In this document: positions 15,128 to 23,255 of the stretch, one piece after another
Layout: every line of letters starts with the position of its first letter
Position numbering within the stretch: position 1 is the first letter of the stretch
Assembly: GCF_024505055.1 (NCBI RefSeq)
Contig: NZ_JANIBL010000051.1
Location: 10,738-34,737 of the forward strand
Reading direction: 5' to 3'
Length of the DNA stretch: 24,000 nucleotides
Source: Methylomonas rosea
Lineage (GTDB): Bacteria > Pseudomonadota > Gammaproteobacteria > Methylococcales > Methylomonadaceae
Translations under genes and position numbers: made by a program
Notes under the pieces: generated by a model
What the model was told of the DNA's origin: nothing
What the model saw: the letters and a program-made list of their open reading frames with translations, nothing else
Database searches by the model: none

Positions 15128-15558
15128 ATGACTTTCGATATTTTCATTGCCGATACCGATGCCGACATTCAAGCCTGTTTCCCGGTGTTCAGCGAGTTGC
15201 GTCCGCATCTCAAGCAGGAGCAGTTTCTGCCCCAGGTTCGCCGCCAGCAAGTTCAGTCCTACCAAATTCTGGCTGTTAGACAACAAGGCGCCATTAAAAG
15301 CGTGGCGGGTTTCCGTTTCGCCGAGTTTTTGGCCTGGGGCAAGATACTGTATGTCGACGATTTGGTCACGTTAAGCGGCGAGACTTCGCAAGGTTTTGCC
15401 GGTGCCTTGCTCGATTGGCTGATTGCGCATGCGCAAGTGCACGGTTGCCGTGGCGTACTCTGGATTCCGGTTATCCGCGCCATCATGCGCATCGATTGTA
15501 TCTTAACAAGGGTTTTCAATTGAGCAGTCACCACTTTTCCCTGACATTCAACCCGTAG
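15128..15558 (+). pseudogene. GNAT family N-acetyltransferase with an apparent 1-nt deletion near 15458-15461.
   Basis: The frame from 15128 gives ...HAQVHGCRGVLWIPVIRAIMRIDCILTRVFN*. The adjacent frame reads LDSGYPRHHAHRLYLNKGFQLSSHHFSLTFNP*, a canonical GNAT C-terminus, ending at 15558. The total length of 431 nt is 1 short of a multiple of 3. Confidence 0.8.
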
Positions 15559-15565
15559 CGTTGCA

Positions 15566-16675
15566 ATGAAAATACTGGCTTTATCCGGCAGCTTGCGGGC
15601 AGCGTCCATCAATTCCGCCGTGCTGCGGGTCGTAAGAGAATTAGCGCCGGCCTCGATCGAAGTCCGTCTGTTTACCACGCTTGGCGATTTGCCCTTATAC
15701 AATCCGGATTTGGAAAGCGCGCCTCCGCCCGTCGCACAGCTATTACGCGACGAAGTCGCCTCGGCGGATGCCTTGCTGATCGCCAGCCCGGAATATGCAC
15801 ACGGCGTTACCGGTACCATTAAAAATGCATTGGATTGGCTGGTAGCATTCGAGGGTTTTGTGAATAAACCGGTGGCGGTATTGAACGCCACGCCTCGCGC
15901 CCATCACGCCGATGCCGCACTCCGGGAAACCTTGATCACCATGTCGGCCAAGCTTATCGAAGCGGCATCCATCGCCTTACCTTTGCCAAGCGCTAATATC
16001 AGCGAAGCAGAACTGCTGGCTGCGCCGGAATTGGTTTCATTGCTGGGCGGTGTGTTGACACAAATCGAATGTGCGGTGAATCAATCGCCGGCGATGAAAC
16101 CATACCTCGACAGCAGCCTTTATATAGATACTCAACACCCGGCGATTGTCGCGCAAGCCGCAAAGTTAGCTGTCGGTTGCGCCGATGAGGAAGAAATTGC
16201 CAAACGCTGTTTCGAATTCGTCCGCGACGAAATCAAGCATAGTTGGGATTACCGGATGAACCCAGTCACTTGCACAGCTTCCGAGGTGTTAATCCACGGC
16301 ACCGGCTACTGTTACGCCAAAAGCCATTTGCTGGCGGCGCTATTGCGCGCCAACGGCATTCCGGCCGGGCTGTGTTACCAGCGGTTGACGATAGACGGCG
16401 ACCAGCCTCCTCATTGCCTGCACGGTTTGAATGCGGTTTACCTGCAACAATACGGCTGGTACCGCATCGATGCACGCGGCAATAAGCCCGGGGTGAATGC
16501 GGACTTTTGCCCGCCGCTGGAAAGATTGGCGTTTCCGATTACGAATCCTTTAGAGCAAGATTTACCCGGCATCCGGGCGGAACCCTTGCCGGCTGTTATC
16601 AGAGCCTTAACCGAGAACCAAACCGTCGAGCAGGTTTATCAGAACTTGCCGGACATTGCCGTTAGCGATCAATGA
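15566..16675 (+). CDS. In-frame fusion of an NAD(P)H-dependent FMN reductase domain (aa 1 to about 170) and a transglutaminase-like cysteine-protease-fold domain (aa about 177-369).
   Basis: N-terminal half: MKILALSGSLR ... LLIASPEYAHGVTGTIKNALDW. C-terminal half: GTGYCYAKSHLLAALLRANGIPAG (Cys249), HGLNAVYL (His286), WYRIDARG (Asp302). An internal ATG at 16094 (MKPYLDSS) looks like a stand-alone start. Confidence 0.8.
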   Translation: MKILALSGSLRAASINSAVLRVVRELAPASIEVRLFTTLGDLPLYNPDLESAPPPVAQLLRDEVASADALLIASPEYAHGVTGTIKNALDWLVAFEGFVNKPVAVLNATPRAHHADAALRETLITMSAKLIEAASIALPLPSANISEAELLAAPELVSLLGGVLTQIECAVNQSPAMKPYLDSSLYIDTQHPAIVAQAAKLAVGCADEEEIAKRCFEFVRDEIKHSWDYRMNPVTCTASEVLIHGTGYCYAKSHLLAALLRANGIPAGLCYQRLTIDGDQPPHCLHGLNAVYLQQYGWYRIDARGNKPGVNADFCPPLERLAFPITNPLEQDLPGIRAEPLPAVIRALTENQTVEQVYQNLPDIAVSDQ

Positions 16676-16685
16676 CCGTACACTG

Positions 16686-17189
16686 ATGAACTTGCCGCTG
16701 ATTATCCGTGCCGCCGAGGCTAGCGATGCAGAACGCATCAGCCAACTGATTGGCAGCGTTGCTAATTGTTGTACGATTTTCCCAACTGGCGACGGTGCCG
16801 AGTTATTTTTTTCAAGCATTTCCGCTCAAGCTATTGGCAGTTATATCACCCACAATAATTTCCTTTATCTATTGGGTTTATATGGCGACACTCTGGCCGG
16901 CGTCGTTGCCGTCCGCGACGCGAGGCATGTTTTTCATCTGTTTGTAGCGCCTGCGTTCCAATACCAAGGTATTGGCACTGCATTGGTGTTGCGAGCTATC
17001 GAATTATCGCTGGCCGCTAGCCCGTCGGAAACCTTCACAGTCAATTCCTCGCTGCCCGCCGTGCCGTTTTATGAGCGGCTAGGTTTTCAGCCGCAAGGGC
17101 CTGGCATCGAAGCAAATGGCGTGGCGTTTGTACCGATGCAATTGGCGACTGCAGACCTAGACCATGCTCTACAGCAACCGTGGCTATGA
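16686..17189 (+). CDS. GNAT family N-acetyltransferase.
   Basis: HLFVAPAFQYQGIGTALVLRAIE is the acetyl-CoA-binding Q/RxxGxG/A motif. FYERLGFQ lies near the C-terminus. ATG 16686 is 10 nt after the previous stop. Confidence 0.85.
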   Translation: MNLPLIIRAAEASDAERISQLIGSVANCCTIFPTGDGAELFFSSISAQAIGSYITHNNFLYLLGLYGDTLAGVVAVRDARHVFHLFVAPAFQYQGIGTALVLRAIELSLAASPSETFTVNSSLPAVPFYERLGFQPQGPGIEANGVAFVPMQLATADLDHALQQPWL

Positions 17190-17288
17190 ACTGGTATTTC
17201 CCCAAACATGTGTTAGACATGCGAAGTACACCACTATCATGCAAACTGTCGGCACCTAAAAACGATATTCGTCCTTTGTTGAGAAATA

Positions 17289-17630
17289 ATGATTGAAAAC
17301 ATATTTAAGCTGTCAGAGAGCATTCGCTACGTCGCTATCTATCGGGATGGTCAGCTAGAGTCGAAAGCAAAATCGAATATGTTGGACGCCAGCAGTTCGG
17401 AGAGCGATAGATATGAAGAGCTGTTGGTCAATCCAACTTTGCTTAAATTGGCCTCGCAACGAGGCAACATCGACTGCGGCGGTTTGGAATACCTGCTTGT
17501 GCGCTATGGAAACTTTTTCCAGTTTGTATGCCCTATCAGCTCAGGTCATCTATCGGTGTGCATAGAACCAGATGCGGATCCCATTGAAATAGGTACGAAA
17601 ATCAAGTTACTGGTACACAGCGACTCATGA
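17289..17630 (+). CDS. Hypothetical 113-aa protein. A Roadblock/LC7-like fold is possible but speculative.
   Basis: Clean ORF with an ATG start. The alternating beta/alpha-like pattern (IRYVAIYRDGQLES ... LEYLLVRYGNFFQFVCPI) suggests the fold. No motif was recognised. Confidence 0.5.
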   Translation: MIENIFKLSESIRYVAIYRDGQLESKAKSNMLDASSSESDRYEELLVNPTLLKLASQRGNIDCGGLEYLLVRYGNFFQFVCPISSGHLSVCIEPDADPIEIGTKIKLLVHSDS

Positions 17631-17728
17631 CATGCTGAATTTTGAGGCCAAAACCTGTTTTTGTACGCAGCCGCTTTATCTAGCATTGTACTTTAACAGC
17701 GCTTGCCAACATTGGCAGCCCACTTAAT

Positions 17729-18187
17729 TTGAACATCGATCGGAGAGAATCAACCATAGACGTCTCGCAATTACCCTTCAATCGGCTTATCGGACTTGAG
17801 CTCGCCAATCCGGATAGCGGCTTTTTAGTTTGCTTGCCCGATAAACTGCAATACACCAATCATCTTGGCACCGTCCATGGCAGTGCTTTATTGGCAGTGG
17901 CCGAGGCGGGTTCCGGTACATTCCTTTCGCAACACTTTGCTAACGAAACCGGAGTGGTTCCGGTCGTGAGAAAGCTCGAAGCCAAGTTTCGTAAACCAGC
18001 GTCTGGTCAGGTATCCGCCCGATGCGAAGTAGCCTCTGACGAACTTGTCCGCTGGTCGACCGAGTTCGCGTCTCGCGGGCGGGTATCGGCGCCTATTCCG
18101 GTAGAGGTTGTCGATGGAGCCGGCGTTGTAGTCCTATCGGCAGTAGTCGAGTGGTTTATTGTCCGCGATACCCCCAATTTACCTTAG
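17729..18187 (+). CDS. PaaI/hotdog-fold thioesterase family protein.
   Basis: HLGTVHGSALLAVAEAGSGTF is the PaaI-type active-site region. Size is about 150 aa. TTG start, so the start is uncertain. Confidence 0.7.
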   Translation: MNIDRRESTIDVSQLPFNRLIGLELANPDSGFLVCLPDKLQYTNHLGTVHGSALLAVAEAGSGTFLSQHFANETGVVPVVRKLEAKFRKPASGQVSARCEVASDELVRWSTEFASRGRVSAPIPVEVVDGAGVVVLSAVVEWFIVRDTPNLP

Positions 18188-18193
18188 GCCATT

Positions 18194-18535
18194 ATGCAAA
18201 CAATCGACCGTTCATCCGCCGAACACTACCATTGGGGCGATGCCTGCGACGGTTGGCATCTCGTAAAACGAGCCGACATGTCGGTTATCTCCGAACGCGT
18301 GCCGCCGGGCGCATGCGAAGTACGTCACTATCATGAAAGCGCTCGCCAGTTTTTCTACATTTTGCGAGGGGATGCCATCATGGAAATTAACGGCAAACGC
18401 ATCCAGCTAACCGAAGGGCAAGGCATTGAGGTGGCTCCCGGTACGCCACACCAATTCAGGAATGAATCGAGTGCTGACGTCCAGTTTCTGGTGATCTCCC
18501 ATCCAGCCACACTGAGTGATCGCGTAGAGGTTTAA
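18194..18535 (+). CDS. Cupin-domain protein.
   Basis: The two cupin motifs are ERVPPGACEVRHYHESARQFFYILRG and GQGIEVAPGTPHQFRNES. Confidence 0.8.
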   Translation: MQTIDRSSAEHYHWGDACDGWHLVKRADMSVISERVPPGACEVRHYHESARQFFYILRGDAIMEINGKRIQLTEGQGIEVAPGTPHQFRNESSADVQFLVISHPATLSDRVEV

Positions 18536-18590
18536 CATGACGCTCAAATATAACGCCAGCGCCTTAGTTCCAGGTTATATTGCAAGTTAA

Positions 18591-19154
18591 ATGATGGAAA
18601 TTACATTAATCAGGCACGGTAAACCGACGTTCGAATTAAAAGGTAAAGCCAAAGCGCGGGACGTTGGCGAGATTATCAGCCGTTATGATTTATCCGGTAT
18701 AGAAGACGAACCGCCGGAAAACGCAAAGCAGCTTGCATCGGCATGCCATGTTGCCGTTTGTAGTGATTTTATCCGTTCTTTGGAATCGGCCAAGGCACTG
18801 GGATTTGGCGATATTTTGCTGAGCGATCCCATGTTTCGGGAAATTGCTATTCCTCATTTCAAAAAGGGTTCGTTGACGATGTCGGTTGGTGCCTGGGGTG
18901 TGCTACTGCGATGTCTGTCTGCCGTTGGTTTCTCGCGAAACGGTGAGTCGTTGTTAATGGCAAAAAAGAGGGCGCAAGTTGCGGCGTCGACATTAATAGA
19001 CGTGGCGCATGAGCATAAAAATGTCTTGCTGGTGGGTCATGGTTTCGTTAATTACTTCATAGCCCAGGAGTTGTTAGCCAGAAACTGGGTTGGTCCCTCA
19101 AAGCCGGGCGGCCGCTATTGGGAATATGGGGTATATCACTATCGTGCAACATGA
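18591..19154 (+). CDS. Histidine phosphatase (phosphoglycerate-mutase-like) family protein.
   Basis: N-terminal ITLIRHGKP (RHG catalytic motif). LLVGHGFVN supplies the second His. Confidence 0.75.
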   Translation: MMEITLIRHGKPTFELKGKAKARDVGEIISRYDLSGIEDEPPENAKQLASACHVAVCSDFIRSLESAKALGFGDILLSDPMFREIAIPHFKKGSLTMSVGAWGVLLRCLSAVGFSRNGESLLMAKKRAQVAASTLIDVAHEHKNVLLVGHGFVNYFIAQELLARNWVGPSKPGGRYWEYGVYHYRAT

Positions 19155-19181
19155 CATTCAAAGGGACAACGCCTCACTTTT

Positions 19182-20003
19182 ATGCAGAATCCAAAAAACA
19201 TGCTTGCATCCATTACCGGCAACACCAAAATACTCGGCGTAATAGCCGACCCCGTCAGCCAGGCTAGAACGCCGGTCATGGCAAACACATTACTGGATGA
19301 ACGGGGACTCTTGGGGGCCTTTGCAATGCTTCCCATGCAAGTCTCGGCCGAAGGCTTTCCCGCATTTATTGCGGGCCTGCGCGCTATGAAAAACTTCGGG
19401 GGCGCAGTCGTCTCCATGCCTCATAAAATCGTTGCCGCCAGTTTAATCGATGAACTTACCCCAGAGGCACGCCTGGTCGGCGCCGTGAATGTGGTTCGCC
19501 GAAACCGAGACGGCCGCCTCATCGGCACCATGCTGGACGGCGAGGGTTTTATTGCCGGACTAGCCGGCGCCGGATACAGTGTGAAAGGTGCAAGCGTCCT
19601 TCTTGTTGGGGCCGGAGGTGCGGCATCGGCTATTGCTTTTGCCCTTGCAAAGCACGGCTGCGCTACGCTCTGCATACAGAATCGAACACCGCAAAGAGCC
19701 AGCGCTCTGGTGGAGCGAGTCACTGATGTTTATCCTCAAGTTGAGGTCACAACAGCAATCCATGCAACATCGCACTACGACATCGCTATTAACGGTACTT
19801 CTCTCGGCATGAAGCCAAGTGATGAGCTACCGATCGCCAAGGGATTGATACGGCATTGCGGCTTGGTAGCCGAATGCGTAATCGCACCGGAAATGACGCC
19901 GCTACTCCAGGAAGCGTCCGATCAGGGGAAGGTCGTCCACACCGGCGTTCCCATGTTGGCCGCACAAATGAATTTTATGTTGGCATTTATGGGCGCCGAA
20001 TGA
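19182..20003 (+). CDS. Shikimate/quinate dehydrogenase family (AroE/YdiB-like) oxidoreductase.
   Basis: GAVVSMPHK matches the family N-x-T/S-x-P-x-K motif. LLVGAGGAASAIAFAL is the dinucleotide fold. INGTSLGM is also present. It sits among unrelated small genes, so it may be a paralogue rather than the housekeeping aroE. Confidence 0.8.
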   Translation: MQNPKNMLASITGNTKILGVIADPVSQARTPVMANTLLDERGLLGAFAMLPMQVSAEGFPAFIAGLRAMKNFGGAVVSMPHKIVAASLIDELTPEARLVGAVNVVRRNRDGRLIGTMLDGEGFIAGLAGAGYSVKGASVLLVGAGGAASAIAFALAKHGCATLCIQNRTPQRASALVERVTDVYPQVEVTTAIHATSHYDIAINGTSLGMKPSDELPIAKGLIRHCGLVAECVIAPEMTPLLQEASDQGKVVHTGVPMLAAQMNFMLAFMGAE

Positions 20004-20118
20004 GAGGCAAAATGCCAAGAGCGCTTGTCGATACAGAGCAACTCCTAAACTGCAGTTGCAGTGATAGCCGGATAATAAGCGAGCTGCGCGCCGGAAATTA
20101 CAAGTTTCGCACCATACC

Positions 20119-20140
20119 CTGTCAATACTGACAGTTGTTG
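20119..20140. promoter_or_regulatory. lux-box-like dyad, copy B: CTGTCAATACTGACAG plus TTGTTG.
   Basis: CTGTCA-N4-TGACAG, 19/22 identical to 15029-15050. A -10-like TGTAAT lies at 20159-20164. The copy is 70 nt upstream of ATG 20210. Confidence 0.55.
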
Positions 20141-20209
20141 CAAGACATCAATCCGGGTTGTAATTAACCCAAAACAATCAGTTTCTATGCAGGAATTGCT
20201 GGAGTCAAA

Positions 20210-20611
20210 ATGCTAGGTGAAACAACGGGGGCCGTTCGTGTTTTATTGCGGCTGGAGGGATTTTGCATGCTGGTTGCCGCCTGTGTCGCCTACTCAAAAT
20301 TCGATCTGGACTGGAGCACGTTCGCAATCTACTTCCTGGTCCCCGATATTTCTTTGCTCGGTTACCTCGCCGGCACCAAAGTTGGCGCCATTAGCTATAA
20401 TACTGCGCACTCATATCTTGGAGCCATTGCCAGTCTGGTGATCGGTTTTACGGTTTCGGCCCCGGCACTTCTATGTGCCGGTTTAATCTGGTGTGCCCAC
20501 ATTGGCTTTGATCGGGCGCTGGGTTATGGACTCAAGTACTCTGAGGGATTTGGCTTTACCCATCTTGGCCGCATCGGTCGATTTGTTGCCAAACATTCAG
20601 AAGCGCAATAA
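20210..20611 (+). CDS. DUF4260-like small membrane protein.
   Basis: LLRLEG ... FLVPDISLLGY ... YNTAHSY ... HIGFDRALGYGLKY pattern. RBS ggag at 20201-20204. Confidence 0.7.
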   Translation: MLGETTGAVRVLLRLEGFCMLVAACVAYSKFDLDWSTFAIYFLVPDISLLGYLAGTKVGAISYNTAHSYLGAIASLVIGFTVSAPALLCAGLIWCAHIGFDRALGYGLKYSEGFGFTHLGRIGRFVAKHSEAQ

Positions 20612-20647
20612 CCGGGTTAGAAACCCGAAACATTTAGGGAACATTGG

Positions 20648-21331
20648 ATGGCTTTTACACTGGACAAGGTCGTACCTTGGGGACGTTCATACACCGAATA
20701 TGTCGACATGTTTGGTCTGACCGAGGCCGATCTTGGCAGACATATTCTGGGCTGTGGTGACGGGCCTGCAGGGTTTAACGCTGAACTGACCAAACGCGGC
20801 GGTGTAGTGGTTTCTGTTGATCCTGTCTATATCTTTGATGTCGAGCAGATTAAAAGCCGTATAGCGGAGACCTATGAAACTGTCATGGCTCAGATGCGTA
20901 ACAATCAAAACGACTACATCTGGAAAGTCATTCCATCGATAGAGGCGCTCGGAGAAATCCGCATGTCGGCTATGACTTCTTTCCTCGCTGATTTCGAATC
21001 GGGCAAGCAAGAAGGCCGATACATAGCCGGAGAGTTACCAGCACTGCCTTTTGCAAACGGACAATTCGATATTGCCTTGTCGTCGCATTTTCTGTTTTTG
21101 TATAGCACACACTTGTCGGCAGAGTTTCATCTTCAGGCACTACAGGAAATGTTGCGCGTAGCTCGGGAGGTGCGGATATTTCCGCTGCTTGCGCTTGATG
21201 GATCAATTTCGCCTTATCTTTCCCTCGTTAACGAAGAATTTGCCAGCCGAGGATTTGACGTACAAATCGTTAGGGTTGATTATGAATTTCAACGCGGCGG
21301 TAATCGAATGCTGGTCATCAAACCTAAATAA
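20648..21331 (+). CDS. Class I SAM-dependent methyltransferase.
   Basis: Motif I ILGCGDGPAGF. Post-I acidic VVSVDP. FDIALSSHFLF. Confidence 0.8.
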   Translation: MAFTLDKVVPWGRSYTEYVDMFGLTEADLGRHILGCGDGPAGFNAELTKRGGVVVSVDPVYIFDVEQIKSRIAETYETVMAQMRNNQNDYIWKVIPSIEALGEIRMSAMTSFLADFESGKQEGRYIAGELPALPFANGQFDIALSSHFLFLYSTHLSAEFHLQALQEMLRVAREVRIFPLLALDGSISPYLSLVNEEFASRGFDVQIVRVDYEFQRGGNRMLVIKPK

Positions 21332-21371
21332 CGAACTCGAATTAAAGCAACTATCGCACGTGAGTACGCGA

Positions 21372-21854
21372 ATGAAATTGGAGTTTATACAAGCCACGCC
21401 AGACCACGGAGAAATTATAGGCTCGCTAGTCGTGCAACTGACGCAGGAAATCTGCGAGCGCACTCACGCCCAGCATTTTGATATCGATTTGGAAGGTACG
21501 GTCCAGCGCTGTGAAGAATTGTTATCCGCAGGCCACTACGCCGCCATCATTGGCCGGTCGGATAAACGCCCAGTGGCTGTTGCGACCATCGCCGAAACCT
21601 ATGCGTTATATGCCGGCGGTAAAATAGGCGTCATTCAAGAGTTTTACGTGATTCCTGAGTTTCGCTGTTCGGGTGTCGGCGCTCTGTTGATTGAGCAGGT
21701 TAGACATTATGGGCAACAGCGCGGTTGGTCGTGCATGGAGTTATGCACGCCGCCGCTGCCGGAATTCGAGCGGACATTAAGTTTTTATCAGCAGAATGGT
21801 CTTATTCCGGTTGGTGGTCGGAAGATGAGACAAAATTTAACGACAAATAGCTAA
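21372..21854 (+). CDS. GNAT family N-acetyltransferase.
   Basis: EFYVIPEFRCSGVGALLIEQVRHYGQQRG is the acetyl-CoA-binding motif. FYQQNGL lies near the C-terminus. The track start at 21189 overlaps the upstream gene and is rejected. GTG 21360 is an alternative start. Confidence 0.8.
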   Translation: MKLEFIQATPDHGEIIGSLVVQLTQEICERTHAQHFDIDLEGTVQRCEELLSAGHYAAIIGRSDKRPVAVATIAETYALYAGGKIGVIQEFYVIPEFRCSGVGALLIEQVRHYGQQRGWSCMELCTPPLPEFERTLSFYQQNGLIPVGGRKMRQNLTTNS

Positions 21855-21895
21855 GCAATCGTGTATTTTTCGTTAGATTTCATGGAGGAAGATTG

Positions 21896-22464
21896 ATGAA
21901 ATACAGTGGATGGTTTGTCGTGATTTCCCTGCTGCTGCCGATTTCGGCGTTTGTATTTTTCAAACCGGTTCGGGTGTTGATTCCTGAAGCATTCGGAGTC
22001 AATTGCAACGAGCAAAACCTATGCATGGACGATTTTTCTCAGCTTGCGGCGGCGGAATCGCTACTCTATGACTCGAAAAGTTATCTTGAAACCCAATGGG
22101 GCTTGGCTATCGGCGAGACTAAGATCATCTTCTGTAGCACGGAGCAATGCCGGTCCGCTTTCGGCCTATCGAACAAGGCTGGATTCAACTTGGGCAGTTT
22201 TTCGCTATCGCCATCGCGCCGCGCGGTTGGCAGCAATACTACGTGGCGCATGAGCTCATTCATCATTGGCAGGCCAACAGTTTCGGCAGTCTTGTGCTGC
22301 TAACCGGTGAGCAGTGGCTGATCGAAGGCATGGCCTATGCCCTGAGTAACGATCCGCGTATAGCACTGCATCAGCCGTTTGAATCCTATCGCCAGCGGTT
22401 CAATGATTGGTACAGACTCAATGCCAATATCCCGCTCAAGGAATCGTTGGGTGGGGTACTTTAA
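21896..22464 (+). pseudogene. Secreted or membrane-anchored HExxH protein (putative metallopeptidase-like), split by an apparent 1-nt deletion in a T5 run.
   Basis: RBS ggagga (21884-21889) plus ATG 21896. N-terminal hydrophobic segment WFVVISLLLPISAFVFF. The frame breaks at TTTTT 22198-22202. T6 would give ...AGFNLGSFFAIAIAPRGWQQYYVAHELIHHWQ... continuous to 22464. The track shows two overlapping ORFs (21893-22303 and 22147-22464). Confidence 0.7.
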
Positions 22465-22572
22465 AATGGCGTCGAGGCTTATGACATCCTCGGTTTCAAT
22501 CCGCCCAAGCCCGCCAACATCGGTCGTATCGTCGGTCTTGGTCCGCTTGAGACGCGTAACCCGCTTCTCACT

Positions 22573-23232
22573 ATGAACACGATTTGTGTCATCTTCGACT
22601 TGGACGGCACGCTGGTTGACAGCGAGGGATTGTGCAATCAAGCCTTTCTCGATCTGCTTCCGCAATTGCACGATTCACTGCAGACCTTGACCGAGCGCTA
22701 TCGCGGCCAAAAACTAAGCTCGATTCTGATTGACCTTGAAAACCGTCTTGGCCTGAATCTGCCTAATTCGTTTGAACAGCGCTATCGCCAGCGTGTTGCG
22801 GAACTCTTCGCGCGTGATTTGAAGCCCATGCCAGGCGTTTTGGAAATGCTCGAATCCATAAATTCTCCGAAATGTATTGCCTCCAGCGGACCGCTTCCGA
22901 AAATCCGTCAGGCTTTGGAAGTCAGCGGCCTTGCTGCTTATTTTGGCGACAATTTATTCAGTTCGTATGAGATCGGTTCATGGAAACCCGAGCCGGGTTT
23001 ATTCCACTATGCAGCACATGCGATGGGCTTTGTGCCTAGTCGGTGCGCGGTGATTGAAGATAGTGAAGTGGGAATTGAGGCTGCCATAGCAGCAGGCATG
23101 ACGCCGCTTTACTATGTACAAACCGGCGTGACCACTTCGTATCAGACTGCCGGCCATGTTGTATTCGATGATATGTCGCAGCTGCCGCAACTGCTTGAGC
23201 AATTTGCTAATATGACCCAATCCAACCGTTAG
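22573..23232 (+). CDS. HAD-IA family hydrolase (phosphatase / beta-phosphoglucomutase-like).
   Basis: Motif I VIFDLDGTLVDSE. Motif II IASSG. Motifs III and IV KPEPGLF and VIEDSEVGIEAA. Confidence 0.88.
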   Translation: MNTICVIFDLDGTLVDSEGLCNQAFLDLLPQLHDSLQTLTERYRGQKLSSILIDLENRLGLNLPNSFEQRYRQRVAELFARDLKPMPGVLEMLESINSPKCIASSGPLPKIRQALEVSGLAAYFGDNLFSSYEIGSWKPEPGLFHYAAHAMGFVPSRCAVIEDSEVGIEAAIAAGMTPLYYVQTGVTTSYQTAGHVVFDDMSQLPQLLEQFANMTQSNR

Positions 23233-23255
23233 CCATTCAAACCACCGAGACAGAC

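Noticed and set aside
17701-17720. The dyad TGCCAA-CA-TTGGCA just upstream of the thioesterase gene start.
   Set aside because: It is a single copy with 6-bp arms only. No associated regulator is evident. This is too weak to call as an operator.
19856-20131. A 91-aa + strand ORF overlapping the end of the aroE-like gene, and the 10-bp palindrome AACTGCAGTT (20048-20057).
   Set aside because: The ORF is an Arg-rich shadow or short intergenic read-through without an RBS. The palindrome is short, contains a PstI site, and is expected by chance at this scale.
22300-22671. A 123-aa minus-strand ORF spanning the gap between the HExxH gene and the HAD gene. I also considered an in-frame N-terminal extension of the HAD protein.
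   Set aside because: It overlaps two well-supported + strand genes. HAD proteins start right at the DxDGT motif, as the ATG at 22573 provides. The extension sequence has no family resemblance.
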